DNA of 64,000 nt from positions 219,968 to 283,967 of the forward strand of contig CAZMIZ010000001.1 in NCBI GenBank assembly GCA_964566925.1, read 5' to 3'. The position numbers and the translations under genes were made by a program. The notes under the pieces are model-generated. The model made no database searches, was not told the DNA's origin, and was given only the letters and a program-made list of their open reading frames with translations. The stretch is from an uncultured Gammaproteobacteria bacterium (GTDB taxonomy: Bacteria; Patescibacteriota; Microgenomatia; PFEM01; DATLAM01). Below are positions 1 through 8,132 of this stretch, piece by piece. Position 1 is the stretch's first letter. The number at the start of each line of letters is the position of its first letter.

Positions 1-955
1 CGCTAAGCTTTTAACGGAAAAAGTGGATGTTTTTGAAACGATTACCGAAGAAGACGTTAAAGAAGACGAAAAAGCTACTTCCGAACTCGCCAAAGAGCTT
101 GAGGTTTTAGCCACTTTATCTGATAAGACGATTACTGATCCGGTCAGAATGTATCTTAAAGAAATCGGCCGGATCCGTCTTTTAACTGCTCAAGAAGAGG
201 TTGATCTAGCCCAGAGGATTGAAAAGGGGAGTATGGCTGCCAGAAAAAAGTTGACCCAATCTAACCTCCGTTTAGTTGTTTCCATTGCCAAGAAGTATGT
301 TGGCCGAGGAATGAGCTTTTTAGATCTGATCCAAGAGGGAAATCAGGGTTTGATGCGGGCGGTGGAAAAGTATGATTGGCGGCGGGGTTATAAGTTCTCC
401 ACTTACGCTACTTGGTGGATCAGACAAGCAATCACCCGAGCCATTGCTGACCAGGCGCGGACAATCAGGATTCCGGTCCATATGGTAGAGACAATCAATA
501 AGCTCATCAGAACCTCTCGAAAGCTAATGCAGGAGTTAGGCCGAGAGCCGACTCCGGAAGAAATTGGTGAGGTGATGGAGCTAGATCCGGGTCGGGTTCG
601 GGAGATCTTTAAGATCGCTCAAGACGTTACCTCTTTGGAAAAGCCGGTGGGGGATGATGAAGATTCACTTTTAGGTGATTTCATTAAAGACACCAATACG
701 CCGACGCCTTATGATACCGCCTCAAAACAGCTTCTTAAGGAAAACATTGAGGAGGTCCTGGCCACCCTTTCCGACCGCGAGGCCAGGGTTCTCAAAATGC
801 GCTTTGGTTTGGACGGCCATCGGCCGATGACTTTAGAAGAAGTGGGCCGAGAATTCGGGGTCACCCGCGAGCGAATCAGGCAAATTGAGGCTAAGGCCCT
901 ACGAAAGCTAAAGCACCCCTCGCGGAGAAAGAAACTTCAGGATTATTTGGAGTAG
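1..955 (+). CDS. rpoD: RNA polymerase sigma-70 factor RpoD/SigA, 5' end truncated by window edge (frame open back to nt 2)
   Basis: Region 2/3/4 signatures in translation: [72 protein letters not shown]; no stop upstream of the first listed Met. Confidence 0.9.
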   Translation, partial: AKLLTEKVDVFETITEEDVKEDEKATSELAKELEVLATLSDKTITDPVRMYLKEIGRIRLLTAQEEVDLAQRIEKGSMAARKKLTQSNLRLVVSIAKKYVGRGMSFLDLIQEGNQGLMRAVEKYDWRRGYKFSTYATWWIRQAITRAIADQARTIRIPVHMVETINKLIRTSRKLMQELGREPTPEEIGEVMELDPGRVREIFKIAQDVTSLEKPVGDDEDSLLGDFIKDTNTPTPYDTASKQLLKENIEEVLATLSDREARVLKMRFGLDGHRPMTLEEVGREFGVTRERIRQIEAKALRKLKHPSRRKKLQDYLE

Positions 956-1363
956 AAAATGAGTAGCCCAGAGCGACCAGGAACAATTCCGGATGCCCTA
1001 AGGATTCTAAGGAAACAGCAAAGAGGAGTAGGGAAAAAAGGATCGAGGACTCATGAAGAGACCTATTTAGATCGGGCGGCAAAATTAAAGGCTTTAGAGC
1101 TGGGCCCTTGCCGAACATGCCCGGTCCTGATCATTGGCTTGAAAGGAGAGGGAAGATTTGTAGAAGTAAGCCTAAGATGTAAGGGTGGCTTATCCCCTTT
1201 AGACCTGCACCGGCCCTACGTGAGTAGACTAGGAGAGATACCCGAGTGTGATTTTTTGACTTTTTTAAATGAGAGTGCTAAAGCTAGAGTTCCAGAGGAA
1301 AACTTGATATAATAAAGAGGCTTTAACAATCCGCGGTAGCTCAATGGTAGAGCGACCGGCTGT

Positions 1364-1910
1364 AGCACTTTGACAGTGGATTTCGTAAAATAAAGGTATG
1401 GCAGATAAGCGCAGATATAAAGACAGAGCTGGATATTTGATTAAAGCGGTAGCAAAGCGCCGTAAGAGACTCAAAGAAAAAGCTGTCGATTATAAAGGTG
1501 GAAAATGTAGTTTTTGCGGTTATGATAGAGTGATTGACGCTTTAGAGTTTCATCATCTCGGCGCGGGTAAAAAAGATTTTGGCTTGTCTCAAAGAGGATT
1601 AACTCGTTCTTGGAAAAGGATAAAAGAAGAGCTTAATAAGTGCATTTTAGTATGCGCTAATTGCCATAGAGAAATCCACGCAGGAAAATTGCAGCCTCCG
1701 AAGGAAACTTCGGAGTGAAAACCGGGTGAATTCAGGGAAGCCTGAGGGGAAATTATAAACCGTGGTAATCCTGAGCCAAGCCCGCGAACATTTGGGTTCG
1801 GGGAAGGTGCAGAGACTAGGTGATTACACCCATGAGCGCCCGGCGCCTAAAGGCTCGTTAGTCTAAGGCGATGAGATAGTCCACGCCTTAATGAAAATTA
1901 AGGGTTAAGT
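1364..1910 (+). mobile_element. Group I intron inserted in the tRNA anticodon loop (between nt 35 and 36 if Asn reading is right)
   Basis: Intron-core-like elements seen directly: CCTGAGGGGAAA...GCCAAGCCCGCGAA (P4-P6/Q-like), GCAGAGACTAG (R/P7-like) and GATGAGATAGTCC (S/P7'-like) at ~1750-1880; intron ends in G before the 3' exon; 5' exon ends in U. Confidence 0.75.
1398..1718 (+). CDS. HNH homing endonuclease encoded inside the group I intron
   Basis: 106-aa basic protein with CxxC ... HH ... N ... CxxCH pattern (CSFCGY ... EFHHL ... CANCHREIH), typical HNH nuclease; located wholly inside intron. Confidence 0.75.
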   Translation: MADKRRYKDRAGYLIKAVAKRRKRLKEKAVDYKGGKCSFCGYDRVIDALEFHHLGAGKKDFGLSQRGLTRSWKRIKEELNKCILVCANCHREIHAGKLQPPKETSE

Positions 1911-1945
1911 GTAACCGGTTGGTTGCTGGTTCGAGTCCAGCCCGC

Positions 1946-1970
1946 GGAGCCAGTTGGAACTTATTATACC
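1946..1970 (+). repeat. Direct repeat copy 1 (tRNA 3' end plus 18 nt downstream), attL-like
   Basis: GGAGCCAGTTGGAACTTATTATACC; 23/25 identical to 4492-4516. Confidence 0.6.
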
Positions 1971-1982
1971 TAAAAAATTATT

Positions 1983-2297
1983 ATGGTAAGAAAGAAAAAT
2001 ACCAGCTCAAAACAAGGAAGAATAGACGCTAAAGCAGCTAGCATAATTGCCAAAGATTATTATGAAGAAATTACTGGTAAGGGTGAATATACATTGAGCT
2101 TGGAAGAAGTGGAGCTTTCTGAAGACGAAAAATATTGGTATATTACAATATCTATTCATACTCCAACCGCATCTCCACTCTTTGTAAGTCAAGGTTTCCA
2201 TGAAAAAATAGCTTATAAGAAGTTCAAAATAAATGCAGAAACAGGAAAGGTTTATTCGATGAAAATGATTCAATATCCTCTTGCGCCCATTAAATAA
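1983..2297 (+). CDS. Hypothetical protein; stop overlaps start of downstream PIN gene (TAATG), possible cognate partner/antitoxin
   Basis: 104-aa ORF, translationally coupled to 2297..2785. Confidence 0.5.
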   Translation: MVRKKNTSSKQGRIDAKAASIIAKDYYEEITGKGEYTLSLEEVELSEDEKYWYITISIHTPTASPLFVSQGFHEKIAYKKFKINAETGKVYSMKMIQYPLAPIK

Positions 2298-2785
2298 TGA
2301 AGCTTATTTTAGACACTCCTGTACTTTTGCTATACATGGTTGGCATTTATGATTCTGATTACATCTCTTCTTTTAAAAGAACCCATCAATATTCGAAGGA
2401 AGATTTCGTTCAAGTATCTAATATTGTTGATTCTGCAAAGGAGTTATACTTGACACCCCAAATTCTAGCTGAGCTTTCAAATATGTCGTTTGAAATTCCA
2501 GGGGGTAGGTTGAAGAAATATCTACTTAACTTGATTAAAAACTTGTCTGGTTGTAAGGAAGGATATGTTAAAATGCAAAAGCTATTAACAAAACCTAACC
2601 TAATAATTAAAGTAGGTTTTACGGACCTTTCTATTATCGAGCTATCTAAAAAGGAAAAATGTACAATCTTGACAGACGACTTTCGTTTTAATGGAATTGC
2701 TGTAGCTAGTGGTTGTAAATCTTACAATTTTACACAAATTCGAGGATTGAGTTGGTTTGACATTTATCCTCTTAGATTACAGTAG
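2297..2785 (+). CDS. PIN-domain (VapC-like) putative ribonuclease
   Basis: Acidic quartet at PIN-typical spacing: N-terminal ILDT, AEL (~aa 59), FTD (~aa 109) and C-terminal ILTDD. Confidence 0.55.
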   Translation: MKLILDTPVLLLYMVGIYDSDYISSFKRTHQYSKEDFVQVSNIVDSAKELYLTPQILAELSNMSFEIPGGRLKKYLLNLIKNLSGCKEGYVKMQKLLTKPNLIIKVGFTDLSIIELSKKEKCTILTDDFRFNGIAVASGCKSYNFTQIRGLSWFDIYPLRLQ

Positions 2786-3001
2786 TTGCAATAGATACTT
2801 TCTTGATTTTCTCCCTCAATTCTTGCACAAATTTGAAATCTTCAAAAACCTTGACTATCCTTCGCATAAATGCTTCGGATTGGCAAGTAGTATAGAAAAA
2901 CTCTTGGTTTTTTCGAGCGAATATGGGAAACAAGGTTCTTGAGCCTAGTGAAAGATTCTTATATTAAAGTTACGCCCTTCGAGCCGATGATAACGGAGCT
3001 C

Positions 3002-3030
3002 TTTACAGAGTTTTTGTTTTTAGGTATAAT
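3002..3030 (+). promoter_or_regulatory. Near-consensus sigma-70 promoter (TTTACA-17 nt-TATAAT)
   Basis: tttaca at 3002-3007, 17-nt spacer, tataat at 3025-3030. Confidence 0.45.
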
Positions 3031-3036
3031 CAACAA

Positions 3037-3213
3037 ATAGAGAGGGGATGGTGAATTTGACCAAATTTTTGACCCCCCTCGTGCGGGCTTGACTTGTACG
3101 GATATCCGTGCCATGTTGTTGGCCGAGGTTAAATAGCCAACAAGAGAGCCTAACTTGATGCCCGCTTCCAATAAAAACAAAAAACCTCTTTAATAGGGGC
3201 TTTTTTGTTTTGG
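3037..3213 (+). ncRNA. Candidate ~175-nt structured small RNA or terminator-containing leader of the downstream HEPN-like gene
   Basis: Lies between the consensus promoter and an intrinsic terminator; internal hairpins GAGGGG...CCCCCTC, CGGATATCCG, TGTTGGC...GCCAACA. Confidence 0.35.
3185..3213 (+). terminator. Putative intrinsic terminator (short hairpin + T-tract)
   Basis: cctctttaatagggg followed by cttttttgtttt. Confidence 0.35.
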
Positions 3214-3224
3214 TAAAATAAGGT

Positions 3225-3818
3225 ATGAAAAATAAAAGGGATTTATGGATTGAAATGTCTATTAGAGAGACATGGACACAGTGTCGTTTTGCCGAGATTG
3301 CTTATTCTCATATTAATCCTAAAGCCAGGAGGCCTACCGATTTAGTGTTTTCTTCGATCCACTCATTTTTATCTCATTGTGCGATGGTTTCAAAAATGCT
3401 GAAAGCTCGTTATAGTTCTACGCCAAAATCATTTTTCGCTAAGTTGTTAGAGACATTCCGAAGAAATAAAAGGAAGAACCCAATGATTGGTCAAATATTG
3501 AGTGTTCCATTAAGCTCAGTGGTTCATAACAGAAACTTTAGAAACAGCCTAGAACATTATGATAAAGAGCTAAAGAAATGGATTAAAAAATATCCGCCAA
3601 CGATAAATATTGGTACACACAATATTGGCCCAAAAAGCATGTTTAAGGGGAATATTGTCTTCGTCAGTCACTACGATCCAACAAACGATACTTTTACATT
3701 TGTTGATGATGATTTTAACTTGGGTGAATTAAACGAAGAGGTTAGTGAGATTAAAAATCTAGCGGATGGGTGGATAAAGAAAGTCGAGAGAGGCATACTT
3801 AAAACGCCTTTTATCTAA
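3225..3818 (+). CDS. Hypothetical protein with HEPN-like R-x4-H motif (Abi-like RNase candidate)
   Basis: Motif VHNRNFRNSLEHYD (R-N-x3-H) in 197-aa protein; AT-rich islet gene. Confidence 0.45.
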   Translation: MKNKRDLWIEMSIRETWTQCRFAEIAYSHINPKARRPTDLVFSSIHSFLSHCAMVSKMLKARYSSTPKSFFAKLLETFRRNKRKNPMIGQILSVPLSSVVHNRNFRNSLEHYDKELKKWIKKYPPTINIGTHNIGPKSMFKGNIVFVSHYDPTNDTFTFVDDDFNLGELNEEVSEIKNLADGWIKKVERGILKTPFI

Positions 3819-3916
3819 GTTTAAGACCTAGAAAGGCAAAGCTATGGCAAAATCGCGAACAGATAAGTGGTATAAAAAGGAGATCAGACATTTAATTATT
3901 AATCTTAAAAAAAGAG

Positions 3917-4378
3917 TTGATTAAAAGTGTTGCTCTTAAAAAAGACCAAAAAAAACTATTACAAAATGTTTTGTATGTTCATAATAGTGTCGAAAAAGGT
4001 CTTAATTTAATGATTACGACTAAGCTTTTGCAACCAATTGTCTCCAAGCCAGGTGATAAGGCTGAAGATTTAATGAAAAGGGTGTTAAAACATGTAAGGA
4101 CCGGCCAAATAGTCGGGATGATAAATTTTCAAAGAAAACTTAAAATTGCCAAAGACTTTAGCTTGCTCTCGTCTTCAGAAATAAAGACGTTCTCTCACCT
4201 AAATGACCTTAGAAATGATTTTGCCCACTTTAGGTCAAAAAATATTAAAGACGATTTAGTCTACTACCACAATTCATATAAGCTTTTACTAAAGGCAAGA
4301 GATCTAATAAATTCCCTAGTGGAGAAAACTCTTGCTGAAGAAAATATGGCAGTTTCCCCAGGAGAATGGTCTTCCTAG
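3917..4378 (+). CDS. Hypothetical protein with HEPN-like R-x4-H motif
   Basis: Motif LNDLRNDFAHF (R-N-x3-H) in 153-aa protein. Confidence 0.45.
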   Translation: MIKSVALKKDQKKLLQNVLYVHNSVEKGLNLMITTKLLQPIVSKPGDKAEDLMKRVLKHVRTGQIVGMINFQRKLKIAKDFSLLSSSEIKTFSHLNDLRNDFAHFRSKNIKDDLVYYHNSYKLLLKARDLINSLVEKTLAEENMAVSPGEWSS

Positions 4379-4491
4379 GATTAGTGTCTTTTGCTTTTAT
4401 TAGGAAGTTTTTAGGAATTGATAGCTTGCCGGATAACTTGGGAGGGCTAAAAAGTTTTCAGTAAACCAGTTTCGAAGATTGTATGCGGTTT

Positions 4492-4516
4492 GGAGCCAGT
4501 TGGAAGTTATTATCCC
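4492..4516 (+). repeat. Direct repeat copy 2 (degenerate tRNA 3' end + flank), attR-like
   Basis: GGAGCCAGTTGGAAGTTATTATCCC; preceded by degenerate T-arm-like CAGTTTCGAAG...GCGG. Confidence 0.6.
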
Positions 4517-4562
4517 TTTTAAATAACTTGGATGTCCCATTCTTTGCGAGTAAAATAAAATT

Positions 4563-4895
4563 ATGAAAGTTAATCTGGTGCCAAAAACTAAACTAGGTAA
4601 GTGGTCGCTTGGGCTTATAATTGCTATGCCGATCTTGTTTTTCATTGGTTCATCATTCACCAACTCTTTGTATCAATCAGTTTCTTCGGGGAGGACTATT
4701 TTGGAAGACATTATTAGAAGACCGGCCTTAGCTCTGACAATGCTTTCGGGAATGGTTACCGGAGTTTCAGCCTTTTTCGTGGGGATGATAGCGATAATAA
4801 AAGAAAAAGAGCGGGCATTGTTAGCCTATGTCGCGACTTCAATCGGGCTGCTGTTTATGTTATTTCTCATGGGTGAGGTCCTATTTCCCCATTAG
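4563..4895 (+). CDS. Hypothetical membrane protein
   Basis: 110 aa, 3 hydrophobic segments. Confidence 0.5.
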   Translation: MKVNLVPKTKLGKWSLGLIIAMPILFFIGSSFTNSLYQSVSSGRTILEDIIRRPALALTMLSGMVTGVSAFFVGMIAIIKEKERALLAYVATSIGLLFMLFLMGEVLFPH

Positions 4896-4940
4896 CGATT
4901 TCCTCCCTCAATCCCTGCACTCTTTTATTGATGATAAATA

Positions 4941-5759
4941 TTAAGATGAGGGTTGTTTAAACAGGCGTTGAGCTTCGTTTCTAGCTTTCTTGAGTAAGGC
5001 CGGGGGCAGTTTTTCTTGGGCATCCTTTGTCAGTAAATCATGGCTAAAAACAATTCCCCTGCGAAGGATTTGTTTTCTTTCATCGTTGTTTAAGCTGCTA
5101 AGACAAGTTACCGGGTGGAGGTTGCTTTTCTCAATCAGAAAGCGGAGGCTTTCTTTGGGTGGGTAATCCCAACTAAGAACCATTAATTTGACGCAGCGAG
5201 CATATTTAATTGCCTGACTGGTGACTTTGGTGTTGGTGACCAACCAGCCTTGATTAAATTGACCGGCTTGAGCCACATCCAAGAAGCGGGCTTGGGTGTA
5301 AAGAGCGTCCTTAACCTTGCTTTTGGTTCCCGGCCGATTATGAAACTTGCATTCAATCATCCAAGATTGGCTTCCCTTTTGAGCAATGACATCAATTTCG
5401 TGGCTAATACAGCGCCCTTGAATAACCTGATTGATTTCAGTCCGATAATCCTGACGGGAGAGCACCCCGGCCACGAATTTTTCAAAAGGATAACCAGAAG
5501 GACCCAAGGACATAATCGCTTCCTTAAGATTATATTTTAGAGACAGGGGGTGTTTTAACTGATTAAGTAAACGATAAACTTCCTGGTAGATTTTTTTGGT
5601 GGGAATACCGTCGTAAAGTTGTTTTTGAAGATGAGCCAGAATTTGGCTAATGAGCGCTTCGTCAGCTCCGGCTCTTTGTAAAGAGCTTCTCACTTTTTCT
5701 TCTGAGAAAGGTTGATACTCTCCTGAGGCCTTTTTTACTCTTGTTTGGGAAGCCTTCAT
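4941..5759 (-). CDS. ATP-cone domain fused to Mrr-like (PD-(D/E)xK) restriction endonuclease domain
   Basis: N-terminal RVKKASGEYQPFSEEKVRSSLQRAGA (ATP-cone); HEIDVIAQKG...WMIECKF (D...ExK nuclease core). Confidence 0.7.
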   Translation of the reverse strand: MKASQTRVKKASGEYQPFSEEKVRSSLQRAGADEALISQILAHLQKQLYDGIPTKKIYQEVYRLLNQLKHPLSLKYNLKEAIMSLGPSGYPFEKFVAGVLSRQDYRTEINQVIQGRCISHEIDVIAQKGSQSWMIECKFHNRPGTKSKVKDALYTQARFLDVAQAGQFNQGWLVTNTKVTSQAIKYARCVKLMVLSWDYPPKESLRFLIEKSNLHPVTCLSSLNNDERKQILRRGIVFSHDLLTKDAQEKLPPALLKKARNEAQRLFKQPSS

Positions 5760-5846
5760 AGATGAAAGTATACCCCAGGGAGGGAGGATAATTCAAAAAG
5801 ACCTTCAGGAATCAAAAGAGGGGAGCAGGGCAATTATTATGTTAAA

Positions 5847-6302
5847 ATGAAAAATATGAGGATCATGATATCTGGCAGTATGCAATTCGCTAGACAAATG
5901 CTTCAGGCTAAAAAGAAATTAGAGAAGATGGGTTTCAAAGTTCAACTGCCTTCTGACACAGAAAAATTCATTAATGAACCCAACTACTCTACTGATAATC
6001 ACGAAGAAAATTATAAACACTGCCTAGAAAATGACATCATGAAGACAGATATGAAGTCGGTAGTTAAAAGCGATGCCATTCTTGTATTAAATTATCCAAA
6101 ATACAACCTGAAAGGTTATGTAGGGGCATCAACTTTGATGGAGATTGGTTTAGCCTATTATCATGGCAAAAAGATTTTTATTCTCTTCCCCCCGCCCAAA
6201 CTTAAAGAAGCCAGATACACTCACGAGCTATTAATTATGCAGCCTCACATCTTAAATGGAGATCTGAATAACATTAAAAAATTTCTTTCAGAAGGTCAAT
6301 AA
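5847..6302 (+). CDS. Nucleoside 2-deoxyribosyltransferase/LOG-fold family protein (putative)
   Basis: MISGSM N-terminus and GYVGASTLMEIG resembling the GxGTxEE motif of the LOG/NDT superfamily. Confidence 0.4.
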   Translation: MKNMRIMISGSMQFARQMLQAKKKLEKMGFKVQLPSDTEKFINEPNYSTDNHEENYKHCLENDIMKTDMKSVVKSDAILVLNYPKYNLKGYVGASTLMEIGLAYYHGKKIFILFPPPKLKEARYTHELLIMQPHILNGDLNNIKKFLSEGQ

Positions 6303-6374
6303 GCTAATTCTAACTTTGCCTACGACGGGGAGCATTTGCTACGGATTTCTTCGGATTGTGGAGCTCAGATTTTT

Positions 6375-7004
6375 CTAGTTGACCTTTAGGCTAAGTAAGC
6401 TGGTTGTTCGGCTATTGACTTGGTCGTTGGTAATGCTGTTAACATCGATCGAGACATTCTGGGAAATTAATCTTTCTAAGTTTTCGGCATTTTGGACTCT
6501 TTCCTCAAGATTATCAAAATCTTCCCGGGTTCGGAGTTCGGTGTGTCTATCTTTAATGTTTAAAACTCCCTTGGGACCAATTCGTATATCAGCGTAGATA
6601 AGAACGAGCGACTCAAGATCATTTTCTTTAATCAACCTAGGAATATAACTCCATTCTAGATTGTCAACCAGTTGGACCGCTTTTGGGCTACAGCCAATTT
6701 CTTGACAGATTTTAACTGAAGCCTGATGCTCGGCTTCACCATAATCTCTTTTTAAACGCTCTTGGAGTTCCGCAAGACGAGCAATTTCTTCTGGGGAAAG
6801 ACCGAAGTCAGCCTGCTTGGCTAGATCAAAGGTCATTGGTTTAGCCAGATCATGGAAAATCGCCGCCTGAACAATGGCCTTTCTATCGACTTCCGGGCCA
6901 GTCCAGTGCTCGAGAAGAATATCAGCAAAGGCAGCTGTTCTTAACATATGCTCTCCAAGGTTCTCCGGAATGAGATAGGCCTGGTAGACCTCTTCGGTAT
7001 TCAT
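6375..7004 (-). CDS. HD-domain metal-dependent phosphohydrolase
   Basis: HMLRTAAFADIL ... FHDLAK ... YADIR (H...HD...D). Confidence 0.7.
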   Translation of the reverse strand: MNTEEVYQAYLIPENLGEHMLRTAAFADILLEHWTGPEVDRKAIVQAAIFHDLAKPMTFDLAKQADFGLSPEEIARLAELQERLKRDYGEAEHQASVKICQEIGCSPKAVQLVDNLEWSYIPRLIKENDLESLVLIYADIRIGPKGVLNIKDRHTELRTREDFDNLEERVQNAENLERLISQNVSIDVNSITNDQVNSRTTSLLSLKVN

Positions 7005-7078
7005 TGTTTATACAATAACAGATAAGTTGCCAGTTTGAAAGCGATGGAGTAGAGTAATTATTATGTTAAAATGGAGAC

Positions 7079-7444
7079 ATGGATATTTCAATCTTCTTCG
7101 CCAGACTCTGGGGTAGTTTCTTTGTCACTTTTGGCTTGTTGTTTATTATCACCAAGCAATTAGGTAAAACTATTGAGATGACGGATGATAAGGCTTTTGT
7201 CATTTCAACAGGCTATATTACTTACTTAATGGGGCTGGTGACTGTTATCCTACACAATGTTTGGGTTTTAGATTGGCGAATAGTTATCACTATCCTGGGT
7301 TGGTCAACCTTAATTAAGGGGATATTAAAAATTGGCTTTCCAGAATATATCCATAAACAGGCTCAGACATTTAAAACTAAACAGATTTTCAGCACTATTT
7401 TCTTACTTCTTTTGGGAGCTTGGCTCTTTTGGGTGAGTTTGTAA
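7079..7444 (+). CDS. Hypothetical membrane protein
   Basis: 121 aa, 4 hydrophobic segments. Confidence 0.5.
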   Translation: MDISIFFARLWGSFFVTFGLLFIITKQLGKTIEMTDDKAFVISTGYITYLMGLVTVILHNVWVLDWRIVITILGWSTLIKGILKIGFPEYIHKQAQTFKTKQIFSTIFLLLLGAWLFWVSL

Positions 7445-7542
7445 ATAGTTGTCAAACAAAACCAACTCCAGTTTCCTCCTTGTTTGCCACCAGGCAGTCT
7501 TGAAACATTGAAATTTGCTGTTCTGGACAAATGGGATAATCT

Positions 7543-7551
7543 GTGTTATAA
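7543..7551 (+). promoter_or_regulatory. Extended -10 element TGTTATAAT
   Basis: tgttataat at 7543-7551 in 310-bp non-coding gap. Confidence 0.35.
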
Positions 7552-7711
7552 TCCTCTCAACAGGTTTAAATCAATAAATCTGTTTAAATAGATTTGAGTT
7601 TTTAAGAGTAAAGATAAAGATACCCAATTTTTTACTTCGTATCTTTCTTCATTTTAAAGATAATTTTTCATTTAGGCAGATTTATTGATTTAAAAAGCCC
7701 ACTTCGACGAA

Positions 7712-7740
7712 CCCAGTGTAAACTGGGGCTTTTTTTATTT
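7712..7740 (+). terminator. Intrinsic terminator
   Basis: cccagt-gtaa-actggg hairpin followed by gcttttttt. Confidence 0.55.
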
Positions 7741-7756
7741 GTGGTAGAATCAGGCC

Positions 7757-8104
7757 ATGGATCCAAAAATTGCTGATTATATTAATAAGCAAAAATCACC
7801 CCAAAAAGAAATTTGTCTTGCCTTGAGAAAAATTTTGTTAAAAGTCTTTCCAAAGATAAAAGAAGAAATGGAATGGGGAGTGCCTGTTTATGATGGCGGG
7901 AGATATTATATAGGAGCAGTTAGGCATGGAGTAAATTTCGGATTTGCCATTAGCGGTTTAAACAAAGAGGAAGTGGGGAGATTTGAGGGTAGCGGTAAAA
8001 CAATGAGGCAGATTAAAGTTGAATCACTTAAAGATATTGACGAGAAAAAGTTAGCAGAATTGATAAAATTGGTGAAGAAAAAGGCCTCTTGTAAAGGCTG
8101 TTGA
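7757..8104 (+). CDS. DUF1801 (YdhG-like) domain protein
   Basis: 115 aa; similarity by eye to YdhG/DUF1801 family. Confidence 0.55.
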   Translation: MDPKIADYINKQKSPQKEICLALRKILLKVFPKIKEEMEWGVPVYDGGRYYIGAVRHGVNFGFAISGLNKEEVGRFEGSGKTMRQIKVESLKDIDEKKLAELIKLVKKKASCKGC

Positions 8105-8132
8105 GAATTATTTTTTAAGAAAGGAGGTTTTT

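Larger units (their letters stand above)
1330..1952 (+). tRNA. Intron-containing tRNA, most likely tRNA-Asn(GUU) (alternative reading tRNA-Thr(UGU)); exons 1330-1363 and 1911-1952 with encoded CCA
   Basis: 5' half TCCGCGG-TA-GCTC-AATGGTA-GAGC-G-ACCGG-CTGT at 1330-1363. 3' half TAA-CCGGT-TGGTT-GCTGG-TTCGAGT-CCAGC-CCGCGGA-G-CCA at 1911-1952. Perfect 7-bp acceptor (U1-A72), G73, anticodon loop CUGUUAA and T-arm CUGGUUCGAGUCCAG as in bacterial tRNA-Asn. Confidence 0.75.
1953..4516. mobile_element. AT-rich genomic islet inserted at the 3' end of the intron-containing tRNA, bounded by degenerate tRNA-3'-end direct repeats; no integrase retained
   Basis: Sharp drop in GC after nt 1952; second degenerate copy of tRNA T-arm/acceptor/flank at 4470-4516; four co-directional small ORFs. 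Confidence 0.55.

Noticed and set aside
959-1312. 117-aa ORF directly after rpoD stop, upstream of the intron-containing tRNA
   Set aside because: No RBS, odd composition (Arg/Gly/Pro-rich translation of GC-rich intergenic DNA), lies in a probable tRNA promoter/leader region; treated as non-coding
2959-3180. 73-aa minus-strand ORF inside the islet
   Set aside because: Overlaps the promoter-to-terminator structured-RNA candidate on the opposite strand; no RBS; likely spurious
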